Below are positions 1 to 10,437 of a stretch of 52,663 nt of DNA, piece after piece. Source of the DNA: a virus (Duplodnaviria; Caudoviricetes); the IMG/VR virus record IMGVR_UViG_3300033153_003470, positions 1 through 52,663 of that record. The stretch is one strand, 5' to 3'. Below the pieces are notes generated by a model, which saw only the letters and a list, made by a program, of their open reading frames with translations, was not told where the DNA came from and did not search any database. A program made the translations under genes and the position numbers. Positions within the stretch are counted from its first letter, which is position 1. The number at the start of each line of letters is the position of its first letter.

Positions 1-2
1 GC

Positions 3-557
3 TTAACAGCTCAACGTACAGCAACTCGTTTCTTGAATGCTCAACGTGGTCGCAAGATTACAAGCAAGATGAGCTCAAGCGTTCAATACGGTTCTGAAGC
101 AGTAGACGCGGCTTACTTAGCGTTTGGTCATACTGATTTAGATTCAGATGTTCGTGACATTCCAGGCTTCGTGCCAGTAGAAAAGTATGGTTCTATGAAG
201 CCATTACCTTTCGAGTGCGGCAAAGTTGAAAACGTGCGTTATGTATTGACGCCGCTTTTAGAACCATTCGCTGACGCTGGTGATACTGCTTCTGGTACTG
301 GCATGGTTACTTCTGGCACTAAGGTTGATGTTTATCCAATCGTTATGATTGCGAAAGAAGCATACGGCTTAGTTCCTTTACGTGGCGCTGGTGCAATTCA
401 CCCGACTGTTCTTAATCCTGGCACTCCAAGCAAGTCTGACGTTTTAGGTCAGAAAGGCTTCGTAGGCTGGAAAACTTGGTTCGTAGCAGTAGTGCTTAAC
501 CAAGCTTGGATGGTTCGCTTAGAAGTAGGCGCAAGTGAATTAAACGGCGTATCTTAA
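3..557 (+). CDS. Major capsid protein, N4-gp56 family (3' part; gene begins before the window)
   Basis: Frame is open from base 3. C-terminal motifs VDVYP...AYGLVPLRG...SKSDVLGQKGFVGWKTW...LNQAWMVRLE are typical of N4-gp56-like capsids. Confidence 0.9.
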   Translation, partial: LTAQRTATRFLNAQRGRKITSKMSSSVQYGSEAVDAAYLAFGHTDLDSDVRDIPGFVPVEKYGSMKPLPFECGKVENVRYVLTPLLEPFADAGDTASGTGMVTSGTKVDVYPIVMIAKEAYGLVPLRGAGAIHPTVLNPGTPSKSDVLGQKGFVGWKTWFVAVVLNQAWMVRLEVGASELNGVS

Positions 558-587
558 TCGTTTACATCGTGTAGTATAAGTAACTCA

Positions 588-609
588 TAGCCGGCCTTCG
601 GGCCGGTTA
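588..609 (+). terminator. Hairpin after the capsid gene, probable intrinsic terminator or attenuator
   Basis: tagccggcc-TTCG-ggccggtta stem with a UUCG tetraloop, followed by an AT-rich run. Confidence 0.7.
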
Positions 610-664
610 ATTTAAAATAACCTTATTGATGATTAGCTCCGCGCTGTTATCAGGAGAATATAAA

Positions 665-1243
665 ATGTCTAACGAATTAAGTGGTATCACAAACAAAAGT
701 ATCCGTGACACAGTGGGTACTCGTGCTTTATCAGCCGGCCTTTTGGCGATTCACGGATCAACCGTTGAAAACGTATTAACAACAGTAGCGGTTGATCACA
801 TCATAAATGGTGTTTTCCAAACTCCGTTTGATGTTGAAACTTCAATCGACTTAAGTGGTCTGGCTGTAATTAGCGCTAAAGATGGTTCGGTACTATCGGC
901 AGCTGGTGCAGCTTCAGCAACCAAGGCTCACCCTGCATTAGCAGCTGGTGATGATACGCAGACACTTGTGTATATCTTGGCTTGCATAGGCGACACTTCG
1001 TACATCATTGAGCCGACTTTGCCGGTGGCAGCATCTCAGGATGACGCTAACTATGATCTATCTTGTCCTTCAGGCTACTGTCCTTTTGGTTTAATCAAGG
1101 TGGTTCAAGCTCCGACTGACGCGCTTGGTGTTGCGGCATTCCAATTAGGTGTTGATGACCTAACAGGAATTGATCGTCGTACTTCATCATTCTTCGATAT
1201 TGCTGTTTGCCCAGCAACAGTAGCTGATATCGTAGAAGTGTAA
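665..1243 (+). CDS. Probable capsid decoration or minor head protein
   Basis: Directly follows the capsid gene; SD caggag precedes ATG 665; Ala/Gly/Thr/Val-rich composition. Confidence 0.55.
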   Translation: MSNELSGITNKSIRDTVGTRALSAGLLAIHGSTVENVLTTVAVDHIINGVFQTPFDVETSIDLSGLAVISAKDGSVLSAAGAASATKAHPALAAGDDTQTLVYILACIGDTSYIIEPTLPVAASQDDANYDLSCPSGYCPFGLIKVVQAPTDALGVAAFQLGVDDLTGIDRRTSSFFDIAVCPATVADIVEV

Positions 1244-1250
1244 GAAATTA

Positions 1251-1283
1251 AATGAGGCTGACGACGCTGTTAGCCTCATTTTC
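1251..1283 (+). terminator. Intrinsic terminator
   Basis: aatgaggctgac-gacgct-gttagcctcatt followed by a T run. Confidence 0.75.
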
Positions 1284-1353
1284 TAATTGCTGAGAAAGCA
1301 ACAAGATCCCATTAACCGCCAATACCGGCCGTTTACAGAAGGAAACCCTTATT

Positions 1354-1800
1354 ATGACTGACCAACAAGAAGACTTTAATTTAGCAATTGCAGATAAGCA
1401 TCAGCTAAAATTCTACGCCAAAAACACACTTGGATTAGCTCTTTCCCTATCGATGACTGAAGGCACAATGCGAGAACGCATTCAGGAACACTGTGCTAAA
1501 AATGATATCGATCAACCTGTTGCAAAAGTACAGGGCACACGGGGCAAGAAGCACGATAAATACATTACGATTAATGTTGCCAAGTCAGACAAGAAAAATG
1601 GCTCAGAGCCTGCTTTTGTTGGCGTACAAGGTGTTGGTTACACTATACCTCGCGGTATCAACGTGGCAGTACCTGCCTCAGTGGTCGAAGTATTGAAGAA
1701 CGCGATGCAAGAAATTGTGACGCAAGATCCGGATGACGGACAAATCTACAAAGAAGAAGTTATGACATATCCTTTCCAAGTCGTGTCAGGCGGAAACTAA
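1354..1800 (+). CDS. Conserved head-morphogenesis-region protein
   Basis: Motif FVGVQG..Y.IPRG..V.VP..VVEVL.NA...YPF, as in small genes after N4-gp56-like capsids; SD aagga. Confidence 0.6.
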   Translation: MTDQQEDFNLAIADKHQLKFYAKNTLGLALSLSMTEGTMRERIQEHCAKNDIDQPVAKVQGTRGKKHDKYITINVAKSDKKNGSEPAFVGVQGVGYTIPRGINVAVPASVVEVLKNAMQEIVTQDPDDGQIYKEEVMTYPFQVVSGGN

Positions 1801-1803
1801 ACC

Positions 1804-2490
1804 ATGAATTACCTAGAACTATGTGTGCGAGTGCGCGAAGAAGCAGGCATTACTGGTTCTGGGCCATCATCGGTTACAGATCAAGCTGGGCAATTGCTCA
1901 GAGTTGTTAATTGGGTGCAGCAAGCGTGGGTAGAAATCCAGCTCATGCGCCCTAACTGGAATTTCATGCGGGGTGAGTTTACATTCGACACCACCATAGA
2001 TAAGCGTGATTACCTGGCTGCAGATGAAAGCATTACTGATCTGAAGCTTTGGGACCAAGAATCATTTATGTACTATGAAACGGCGCTCGGTGAAATTGAC
2101 CAGAAGCCGCTCATCTATCTACCGTATGCCACTTGGCGCAGCAACTTTCGAGTAGGCATGAATGTCCGGCCAGCAGATTCGCCTCTTTACATTACGGTTT
2201 TACCGGACACTAATGAGATACGCTTTGAGCCTAAGCCGGATGACATCTATACGATTGAAGGCGACTACAAGAAATCTACTCAAGCGCTTACTGCGGCTGA
2301 CGACGAACTAACAAATTTCCCCGACGACTTTCACATGCTAGTTGTGTGGCAAGCCCTCAAAAGTTATGGTTTTTATGAGAACGCACCCGAAGTTCTTGAA
2401 GAAGCTGAGATAAATTTTGATAACTTGCTCTACAGGCTAGAAATAGAACAGCTACCTGCGATGAGCGAGGATAGAGAGCCCCTTGCATAA
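1804..2490 (+). CDS. Head-tail adaptor protein
   Basis: N-terminus MNYLELC.RVREEAG, WV..AW..IQ...W.F, and P.DFH..VW.AL near the C-terminus; position in the module. Confidence 0.7.
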   Translation: MNYLELCVRVREEAGITGSGPSSVTDQAGQLLRVVNWVQQAWVEIQLMRPNWNFMRGEFTFDTTIDKRDYLAADESITDLKLWDQESFMYYETALGEIDQKPLIYLPYATWRSNFRVGMNVRPADSPLYITVLPDTNEIRFEPKPDDIYTIEGDYKKSTQALTAADDELTNFPDDFHMLVVWQALKSYGFYENAPEVLEEAEINFDNLLYRLEIEQLPAMSEDREPLA

Positions 2491-4601
2491 TGAGAAATTC
2501 AAACTTAGCACGCAAGCCTCGCGGTAACGTCGAAACAGAATCATTCGCTTTAAAAGGCGGGCTCAATCTTGTTGACGCTCCGCTTACTATTCCTGACGGC
2601 ATGTGCCTTGCCGCAATTAATTACGAACTACTTACTAATGACGGATATCGCCGTGTCGATGGCTTTGAGCGCTTTGACGGTCAAGGATCACCATCAGAGG
2701 CGAGCTATTGGATCCTCAACTACGATGGCGGAACAGTCGCTGTTAGTGAAGGGGATACCGTAACCGGATTAGATTCTGGCGAAACTGGTGTCGCATTAAC
2801 TGATTACTATGGCACGGTCGAAGAAGGTTATTTGGTTCTAACCGCTGTTACCGGATCATTTGATAATAATGAAGAGCTTCAGGTATCCGCCGCAACCGTG
2901 GCCTATGCAGATGGCGCTACCTTAGAACGTGGTGCAGACAATGACGCAGACGATGCAACTCATGCTCAAGATGCAATTGAAACCCAGCGTGCACTGATTG
3001 GAAAAGTCGGCGTAAGCGATGGGTCCGGTACTGTACGTGGTGTTCATGTTTATAATCACGACGTTTATGCCTTCCGAGATAACGCTGCATTAACCAAGTG
3101 TTTGATGTGGAAAGCCACTGATGCGGGATGGGTAGAACAAGATCTCGGCAATCGATTACATTTTACCGATGGTGGTGCCGGTGCTGAGTATGTTGAAGAC
3201 GAAGTAATTACCGGCACAAGCTCTTCCGCTGTAGCCACTATTAAGCGAGTTGTATTGCAATCCGGCGCTTGGGGCTCGACTGCAGTGGGCTATTTTATCA
3301 TTGGAGATGTAACCAACGGTCCATTTGAGGCCGAAGCCACAACAGGCAGCATATCTGGGGCGATACCGATTGACGGCGCTGAAGAGGCTAACGAGCTGGC
3401 TAATGGCGGCAAATACGAGTTTGAGAACTACAACTTTTACGGATCAACGAAAACAAAACGCATGTATGGCGTTAATGGTGTTAGCGAAGCCTTTGAGTGG
3501 GATGGCTCTGTTTTTGTACCAATTTTCACCGGAAACACGGTTGATGCTCCATTACACCTTGCGATCAACGAGTATCACTTACAGTTAGCTTTTCCTAATG
3601 GTTCGCTGCAAAACTCAGACACAGGAACGCCTTATATCTGGGCTGGTGGTGGCGCAGCTGAAATTGGTTGTGGTGATGATATTGTGGGCCTCAAGAAAGA
3701 GGTGGGCGGTGCGCTTGCGGTTATTTGTCGCAACAGAACATTCGCCTTACATGGCAAAAATACAGAAGCTTTACCCTGGGACCTGAAAACCGTATCTGAC
3801 GAATCGGGTGGCATTGAGTGGACAGTGCAGCGACTTGGATCAACCAAGTATTTAGACGATCGTGGGTTCACTGACTTTATTGCTGTACAAGAATTTGGTG
3901 ATTTCAAGGATTCTGTTTACAGTCATATTATTGAGCCGATTGTAACCTCGCACAAAGAGAGCGCTTTATCTTCTATTATTGTGAAGAAGAAAAGCCAGAT
4001 ACGCACCTTTTTCTCAGATGGGTCCGTGATTGTTGCTACATTCAAGAATAAAAAGCTAAGTGGTTTTACGACGTTTCAATATGTTGGTTCCGACAATAAT
4101 TCCGTTGTTGTTAATTGCACTGCTAATGGTGAAGACGCAAACGGCTCTGAGATCTTATTCTTTGGTGATACCACCGGATATGTTCATCAAATGGATAAAG
4201 GCACATCGTTTGATGGCGGTCCTGTTACGGCAACCTTTATTCTTGCGTACAGCCATCTTGGTTCGCCTTCTTATGATAAGCAATTTAAGAAAGTGGTTAT
4301 TGAAGCAGATGGCGCCACCGGAACACTAATAGAATACAATGTGCTTCTTGATTACTCTTCTGGCAGAGCGCCGGCAGGCATAACGCTAGAAAAATTATTA
4401 ACTTCAGGCGGTTCAAACTGGAACAACGCAAACTGGGACAAGTTCAATTGGTCATCAGAAGACGTAACACGAATAGAAGGTGATATTGACGGCGTAGGTA
4501 GAAATATTGGTTTACAGGTAACGTCCTCAAGCACATATACAGAGCCGCATACTTTATACGGCATTACTTACAACTACATCATTAGAAAATTGGTGAGATA
4601 A
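2490..4601 (+). CDS. Tail nozzle / packaged-DNA stabilisation protein
   Basis: 703 aa, beta-rich, N-terminal GGLN..D...GYRR.DG.ERFDG; follows the adaptor as in podoviruses. Confidence 0.65.
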   Translation: MRNSNLARKPRGNVETESFALKGGLNLVDAPLTIPDGMCLAAINYELLTNDGYRRVDGFERFDGQGSPSEASYWILNYDGGTVAVSEGDTVTGLDSGETGVALTDYYGTVEEGYLVLTAVTGSFDNNEELQVSAATVAYADGATLERGADNDADDATHAQDAIETQRALIGKVGVSDGSGTVRGVHVYNHDVYAFRDNAALTKCLMWKATDAGWVEQDLGNRLHFTDGGAGAEYVEDEVITGTSSSAVATIKRVVLQSGAWGSTAVGYFIIGDVTNGPFEAEATTGSISGAIPIDGAEEANELANGGKYEFENYNFYGSTKTKRMYGVNGVSEAFEWDGSVFVPIFTGNTVDAPLHLAINEYHLQLAFPNGSLQNSDTGTPYIWAGGGAAEIGCGDDIVGLKKEVGGALAVICRNRTFALHGKNTEALPWDLKTVSDESGGIEWTVQRLGSTKYLDDRGFTDFIAVQEFGDFKDSVYSHIIEPIVTSHKESALSSIIVKKKSQIRTFFSDGSVIVATFKNKKLSGFTTFQYVGSDNNSVVVNCTANGEDANGSEILFFGDTTGYVHQMDKGTSFDGGPVTATFILAYSHLGSPSYDKQFKKVVIEADGATGTLIEYNVLLDYSSGRAPAGITLEKLLTSGGSNWNNANWDKFNWSSEDVTRIEGDIDGVGRNIGLQVTSSSTYTEPHTLYGITYNYIIRKLVR

Positions 4602-4602
4602 A

Positions 4603-5988
4603 ATGTCTGCTTTCTGGAATTTTGTAAATAGATTTACTCCTGGCACCTTGGCGAAAGCCGAAGATGTAAACGGCAATTTCGACGGCGTGGACAATGCTTT
4701 CACCTTGGTCGAGGCTGAAACCGAAAGCGCCATAAGAGTGATAACAGAGGCTGGCGTAACTACGATAGCGGCGAATGCTGCCGCACGCGCAAACAAGTAT
4801 CTTCAGTTTGATGCGGTTGGTGATATCGGTGTATCAGTTACAATTCTTGGCGACTGGAGAGGCGATCATGCCGCAGCTGGTGGCACAGATTACGTTCTGA
4901 ATGATGTTGTTAAAGATGCTACCGGAGCGCTTGGTCAAGATAATATTTATGTATGCACGAATGCACACACGTCAACGGGAACGCTCGCAGACGATGTGGC
5001 CGAATGGGATTTATTGGTAGATGCTGCAGCCTCGAAAACATGGGCTATAAAAGTCGATGGCGTTGTTGCTGACAGCGAGTATTCATCAAAGGCATACGCC
5101 ATTGGTGGAACCGGAATAACTGACACGGTTGATAAGGGCGCCGCTAAAGAGTGGGCAACCAAAGCAGAAGACAGCCTTGTAGATACAGTCGAATACTCAG
5201 CAAAACATTACGCAGCGAAAGCAGCTGCATCTTATGATAGTTTTGATGACCGGTACTTAGGTCCTAAATCTTCTCCGCCAACACTTGATAATGATGGCCA
5301 AGCTTTAGTCGAAGGCGCAACGTATTTCGATACCGGAATACCGTCGATGCGCGTTTGGGATGGCTCGGATTGGAGCACTATTTCTGGGTTAAGCACGGCG
5401 ACAGTCTTTGAATATATTGCCACTGCTTCGCAAACTGTGTTCACCGGATTGGATGAAAACGGTGCTCCATTAGATTACGTGCCAGGGTTCTTATTGGTTA
5501 GCGTGAATGGTTCATGGTTGAGCCCAACAGAATACACTGCCACAAATGGAACAAGTGCGACGCTACCCGCTCAACCGGTAGGCGCTCAAGTACAGATGCT
5601 TGCATTCGGTGTCTTTGATATTGCCGATGCCTATACCAAAACAGAAGCTGCCGCCAAGTTCGCATTAAAAGCGGCTGTTACCACATCGCAAGCTTCAGCT
5701 TATGAAGTCGATGTAAGCGTGTATGCTTTAGCTGATATTACTATGACGGGTAACGTAGCGATTACGTTTGCCAATGAGCCGATAGCAGGAATTGTCGCAG
5801 AGCTTACTTTGGTATTAACTCACTCCGGATCAGCAAGGACACCCTCATTCCCAGCTTCAGTGATATGGGATGGCGGTAGCGCACCAACATGGACAACAAC
5901 CGTGGGCAATGAAGACGTGGTTAAGTTAGTCAGTTACGATAACGGAACAACATGGCGCGGAAGATTGTTAGGCCAAGATTACGCTTAA
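4603..5988 (+). CDS. Tail fibre protein
   Basis: SAK.WA/SAKHYA repeats, FDDRYLG motif and an ATASQTVF...VNG..L...YTATNG module common in tail fibres. Confidence 0.75.
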   Translation: MSAFWNFVNRFTPGTLAKAEDVNGNFDGVDNAFTLVEAETESAIRVITEAGVTTIAANAAARANKYLQFDAVGDIGVSVTILGDWRGDHAAAGGTDYVLNDVVKDATGALGQDNIYVCTNAHTSTGTLADDVAEWDLLVDAAASKTWAIKVDGVVADSEYSSKAYAIGGTGITDTVDKGAAKEWATKAEDSLVDTVEYSAKHYAAKAAASYDSFDDRYLGPKSSPPTLDNDGQALVEGATYFDTGIPSMRVWDGSDWSTISGLSTATVFEYIATASQTVFTGLDENGAPLDYVPGFLLVSVNGSWLSPTEYTATNGTSATLPAQPVGAQVQMLAFGVFDIADAYTKTEAAAKFALKAAVTTSQASAYEVDVSVYALADITMTGNVAITFANEPIAGIVAELTLVLTHSGSARTPSFPASVIWDGGSAPTWTTTVGNEDVVKLVSYDNGTTWRGRLLGQDYA

Positions 5989-5999
5989 GGTAAAAAATA

Positions 6000-6965
6000 A
6001 TGCCACAGTCAGATAACCTTTCAAAAATAGCAGAAGCAATCACAGCGGATCTTGCTGGGAACGCGAGTACCACTACGCAATCCCCTGGCGATGACTCGAC
6101 TAAGATCGCAACCACTGCTTATGCTGATGCAGCTGGCGTTAAACCAACCTATTCTTGGCTGGAGCAAATAGGCAGCAGCCTCAATCTCTCTAGCGCTTCT
6201 GTACATTCTATTTCAGCGATGAACAAAAACGAAATAGCATTGCTAGAATCAAACTCTAGCCAACTGCGCTATATGGAGTGGGATGGTAATGTTTTTGCGC
6301 AAGTGGGGTCAGCCGTAACTGTCAGCGAGGGCGTGGTAGGCAGACTAACTAGCACCGATGTAGTTGCTTATAACTCTGGTACCGAAGAGCTGATAACTTT
6401 TAGATGGGGCGGAGCATCTTGGTCGCAAGTAGGTAATAGACTAGATGTAGGTTACATGGAAGATGACAGAATGTGCGCTATGGGCAGCAATGCGTGCGCC
6501 ATATCAAACACTTGGACTAACAGACTAGAGCATTATTCGTTCGATGGAACGGACTGGACTTCAGACGGCTACCTGACAATAACTCTATACAACGCAGCGT
6601 TGATTGCATTAAATGCGACTGATATCGCGGTCGTGGGCGGCTCATCCGATTGGATTCGCACTTACAGATGGACTGGATCTGCTTGGGAGCAGATAGGAAA
6701 TACTTTTTCTATAAATATCAGTGGCACAGATGTTACTGCATTAAACTCCACCGATATAGTGACGGTCAGCAATCAAACAATTAACACTTTTAGATTTGAT
6801 GGGACTGACTGGACGAAAATAGGCGTCGATAATTATCTTACAGGCACGGGGTCAAAAGTGACTGCTTTGAATGGGATCGATATCGCTTTTATAGATTCGA
6901 CATCAGATGATTTGTCGGTGTACAGGTTTGATTTTTCCGTTGGCAGCGGCCCCAGCACAGAATAA
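6000..6965 (+). CDS. Beta-propeller repeat protein, paralog 1 (putative receptor-binding or fibre-associated)
   Basis: N-terminal DDSTKIATTAY fibre motif, then ~45-aa repeats ALN.TDIA....L..Y.W.G..W.Q.G. Confidence 0.65.
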   Translation: MPQSDNLSKIAEAITADLAGNASTTTQSPGDDSTKIATTAYADAAGVKPTYSWLEQIGSSLNLSSASVHSISAMNKNEIALLESNSSQLRYMEWDGNVFAQVGSAVTVSEGVVGRLTSTDVVAYNSGTEELITFRWGGASWSQVGNRLDVGYMEDDRMCAMGSNACAISNTWTNRLEHYSFDGTDWTSDGYLTITLYNAALIALNATDIAVVGGSSDWIRTYRWTGSAWEQIGNTFSINISGTDVTALNSTDIVTVSNQTINTFRFDGTDWTKIGVDNYLTGTGSKVTALNGIDIAFIDSTSDDLSVYRFDFSVGSGPSTE

Positions 6966-6978
6966 AGAGTAAAATTAG

Positions 6979-7974
6979 ATGGCTCAATCAGACAACTTAT
7001 CAAAGATAGCGGAAGCGATAACCGCAGATCTTGCAGGAAATGCGAGCGTTGAAACGCAGGCGCCTGCCGATAACTCAAACAAAATAGCGACCACTGAATA
7101 TGTGGATGCTGGTGGCGTCACGATTAACTGGACCTCTATTGAGCAGATGGGTTCTAGTTTTAGTGTTCCTGGCACCTCAGATCCTGCGATAGCCGTTTTA
7201 GATTCAAAAACTATCGCTTTTTCAGATTGGTTTAATGATGAGCTAAGAACGTATGAATGGAATGGTGCAACTTGGGTTTTAAAAGGAACTCCGTTAAGCA
7301 TTACGCCTATGGGCACTCCTGGCATGGCTGCTTTAAATTCAACTGATATAGCCTTTATTGCGTATGATGATGCTGAATTAAAAACTTATCGATGGAACGG
7401 TTCCATTTGGACTTTAATTGGTACTCCGCTACCAATTACAGGTGTTAGCGCATGCACATTAGACTCATTAAATTCTACCGATGTTGTTTATACAGACCCA
7501 GGAAATGACGAACTAAGATTATATAGATGGAACGGTTCAACTTGGTCTTTAATTGGCTCAGGCCTAGACCTTTCGCCTATGAATACCGCAGCGGTAGCGG
7601 GCATGACTTCAACTACTGCAGCCTTTATCGATCAGCAAAATAAAGAATTAAGAATGTATAGCTGGAGTGGATCGGCTTGGTCGGAAATTGGAACGGGGCT
7701 AGTTATACCAGATGTGGGTATTAACGCATTAGCTAGATTGACCGACACCGATGTCGTGCATATAGATTCTGTAAATGAAATATTAAGTATTTATAGATGG
7801 GGAGGATCTTCATGGACGCAAGTAGGCAACCCATTAACTTTAGCAACCGATGTGGGCGCTCCTGCAATGAAGCTAATGGACGGGACTAATCTTGCGTACA
7901 TAGATTCTACCCATGAGGAATTAAGAACATACCGCCTAAGATTTTATTTAGGTGATGGCCCGCATCGTCCGTAA
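6979..7974 (+). CDS. Beta-propeller repeat protein, paralog 2
   Basis: Same N-terminus (QSDNLSKIAEAITADLAGNAS) and repeats as 6000-6965; ends FYLGDGPHRP. Confidence 0.65.
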   Translation: MAQSDNLSKIAEAITADLAGNASVETQAPADNSNKIATTEYVDAGGVTINWTSIEQMGSSFSVPGTSDPAIAVLDSKTIAFSDWFNDELRTYEWNGATWVLKGTPLSITPMGTPGMAALNSTDIAFIAYDDAELKTYRWNGSIWTLIGTPLPITGVSACTLDSLNSTDVVYTDPGNDELRLYRWNGSTWSLIGSGLDLSPMNTAAVAGMTSTTAAFIDQQNKELRMYSWSGSAWSEIGTGLVIPDVGINALARLTDTDVVHIDSVNEILSIYRWGGSSWTQVGNPLTLATDVGAPAMKLMDGTNLAYIDSTHEELRTYRLRFYLGDGPHRP

Positions 7975-7995
7975 CAGGGCAAACAGGAAAATAAG

Positions 7996-9006
7996 ATGGG
8001 ACAATCAAAAGAACTAGCAGCAATAGCCGAGGCGATACAAGCTGATATTGATGGGAACGTCAGTACCGTAACGCAATCGTCCGGAGATAACTCAGATAAA
8101 ATAGCAACTACTGAGTATGCAGATGCTGCTGGTGTCACTATTAATTGGGTCGCTCCAAAAGAAATACACACAGCCTTTACAATTGCAGGCACTCCTAATG
8201 CAGCATCGTTATGCGCATTAACAGAAACACAAATTGCATACATTAATGATTCTGCCGACTCACTAGAGTTTTATCAGCTGGATGGCGATGTTTGGTCGCT
8301 GCAAGGCTCTGGGTTCTCAGTCGGATCTCATTCTGGGCAAGCTGGTATATGCCGAATGACTGACACAGCTGTTGCTTTGATGCACGAAGGCGATGATAAG
8401 CTGACGTATTACACATGGGGAGGCTCAGCTTGGACGATTACCGGCAACCAGCTTAATATTAATGCTGCTTCATCAGTTTCAATTGCTGCATTAACCAGCA
8501 CCACCATCGCGTATATCGATAGCTCATTTAATGATATGAGGGTGTACAGCTGGAGTGGTACAGACTGGACTCAAGCCGGCAATGATTTTGTGTTTGGAAC
8601 ACTATCTGATATACATTTAACAGCGTTGAATAGCACTGATATTGCAATCGTTGAAACTTACAACTGGAGCCAATTAAGAACATACAGATGGGATGGCGAC
8701 GACTGGTCATTGGTTGGTAACGGTTTGGATATAGACGATCCTGGCGCCACTTCGATTTGGCTAACCGCTTTAGATTCAACAACTGTTTCTTTCATTGATT
8801 CTACAGATGAAGTGCTTAAATTATACACTTGGGATGGCACAGACTGGACGCATGAAACACAATGCGACTACGCTATTCCATCTATATCATATCCGGCAAT
8901 AAGCGCTTTGAATGGTACTGACATAGCGTTCGCTGAATCGATCGGCGATGAGTTACGTGTATACAGTTATGGTTTTTATTTAGGCGACGGCCCTTATCGG
9001 GCTTAA
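7996..9006 (+). CDS. Beta-propeller repeat protein, paralog 3
   Basis: Same architecture as the previous two; ends FYLGDGPYRA. Confidence 0.65.
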   Translation: MGQSKELAAIAEAIQADIDGNVSTVTQSSGDNSDKIATTEYADAAGVTINWVAPKEIHTAFTIAGTPNAASLCALTETQIAYINDSADSLEFYQLDGDVWSLQGSGFSVGSHSGQAGICRMTDTAVALMHEGDDKLTYYTWGGSAWTITGNQLNINAASSVSIAALTSTTIAYIDSSFNDMRVYSWSGTDWTQAGNDFVFGTLSDIHLTALNSTDIAIVETYNWSQLRTYRWDGDDWSLVGNGLDIDDPGATSIWLTALDSTTVSFIDSTDEVLKLYTWDGTDWTHETQCDYAIPSISYPAISALNGTDIAFAESIGDELRVYSYGFYLGDGPYRA

Positions 9007-9026
9007 CAAATTAAAGGGTTAATAAA

Positions 9027-9971
9027 ATGGCAACTAACACACTAAATCCAATTACACCGGAAGAGACACTTAATCCTCCAAAGATTGATCAGCCGCCAGT
9101 TCAAGATGGAGCCAACGCTGTTGTCGCTTCTCAAATTCCTGCGCCAGCTGTTCCGGCCGACACGTACAGAGCGCCAGATACATCGCCAGTATCATCGCAA
9201 GTAGCTGCGGAAGGTGAAACCGTCGAATCAAGAATAAATGCGATGACGGCTGAAGGAAGCAGATACACCGATCTCGCTAAAAGTGACACTATTCGCCAAG
9301 CCAATAGTCGTGGGCTAATTAATAGCACGATGGCTGGAGCAGCCGGTACTGAGGCCGCAATTAGAGCGGCACTGCCTATTGCTCAGCAAGATGCTAAGAC
9401 GATGACCGATACTCGCATGCTCAACCAGAATACCGAGAATGAGTTTTTAAAGAACCGTCAAAGCGCTGACTTGAATATGGAAACAGCTGCGCATACCAGT
9501 CGGCTTGCGCAAATTGAAACGGTATTAGATTACGATCAAAAAGCAAGACTCGAAATACTATTGCAGAGCGAAAAATTCTCTGACGAAGCAAAGATGAATA
9601 TCGTCACAACGATGAGCAACATTGTTCGTGATACTCAAACGCAGATCACTGAGATCGGCTTATCAGATAGAAGTGCGGCACAACAAGCATCTGCAATCGA
9701 GATGGTTTACGAGAACCGCGATGCAGAGCTGGCTGTTTATGAAGCCTTGCTTGACAGCTTTAGCGACTGGGACTGGGGTACAAACTTCACGCCTGGCCAA
9801 GTAGAAGCCGAAACATCACTGGAGCCTAAGCCAACCGCACCACCACCAGAACCAACAGGTGAATTTGGCTCGATACTTCAGACTGTTGCAGCGCAGACAA
9901 GTCCAGATGGTGATTGGGTATGGGATTCACAAAGAGGCGAATGGGTTCTTAACCCAACGACGCCAAACTAA
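9027..9971 (+). CDS. Putative internal virion (ejection) protein
   Basis: N.RGLINS.MA...AALPIAQQDA motif, helical, start of the ejection module. Confidence 0.6.
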   Translation: MATNTLNPITPEETLNPPKIDQPPVQDGANAVVASQIPAPAVPADTYRAPDTSPVSSQVAAEGETVESRINAMTAEGSRYTDLAKSDTIRQANSRGLINSTMAGAAGTEAAIRAALPIAQQDAKTMTDTRMLNQNTENEFLKNRQSADLNMETAAHTSRLAQIETVLDYDQKARLEILLQSEKFSDEAKMNIVTTMSNIVRDTQTQITEIGLSDRSAAQQASAIEMVYENRDAELAVYEALLDSFSDWDWGTNFTPGQVEAETSLEPKPTAPPPEPTGEFGSILQTVAAQTSPDGDWVWDSQRGEWVLNPTTPN

Positions 9972-10435
9972 TGAGCGGGATCAGAATAGCTGATATACCT
10001 GACATAGAAGAGATTTGTACGCTTGGGCGTGAACTATTAGCCCAGAGCGTATATGCTGACATTAAGCCAGATGAGTCTAAATTCAGGCTTTTTGTTGCCG
10101 GCTTAATGGGTAACAAAGCAGGAACCGTGTTGGTTGTTGTCGATGATAATGACAAGCCGCAGGGTTTTATGATCGGCATGATTGATGAGCTGTTTTTCAG
10201 CCGTCAACGAATGGCGACCGACTTGGCTGTTTATGTTCGAGAAGGGTACAGGCATTTAGCGCCGAGAATGTTTAGAGAATTTATTAAGTGGGCAGAAAGC
10301 AAAGCCCGTGTTGCACAGATTACATTAGGCATATCCAGTGGTATCGGCGATGCTGAAAGGGTCGGAAGAATGTACGAGAATTTAGGATTATCGCAAGTAG
10401 GCGGTATTTTTGTTAAAAGAGTTAAGAGGGTTTAA
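9971..10435 (+). CDS. GNAT-family acetyltransferase of the virion module
   Basis: IR.A...D start, LAVYVREGYR and YENLG motifs; usual position before ejection proteins. Confidence 0.75.
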   Translation: MSGIRIADIPDIEEICTLGRELLAQSVYADIKPDESKFRLFVAGLMGNKAGTVLVVVDDNDKPQGFMIGMIDELFFSRQRMATDLAVYVREGYRHLAPRMFREFIKWAESKARVAQITLGISSGIGDAERVGRMYENLGLSQVGGIFVKRVKRV

Positions 10436-10437
10436 TT

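Noticed and set aside
6000-9006. Diversity-generating retroelement or invertible tail-fibre switch
   Set aside because: No reverse transcriptase, invertase, near-identical template/variable repeat pair or inverted repeats are visible, and the paralogs have diverged at synonymous sites.
9971-10435. GNAT as a toxin-antitoxin toxin
   Set aside because: A GNAT-like gene before the ejection proteins is ordinary in podoviruses, and no antitoxin is adjacent.
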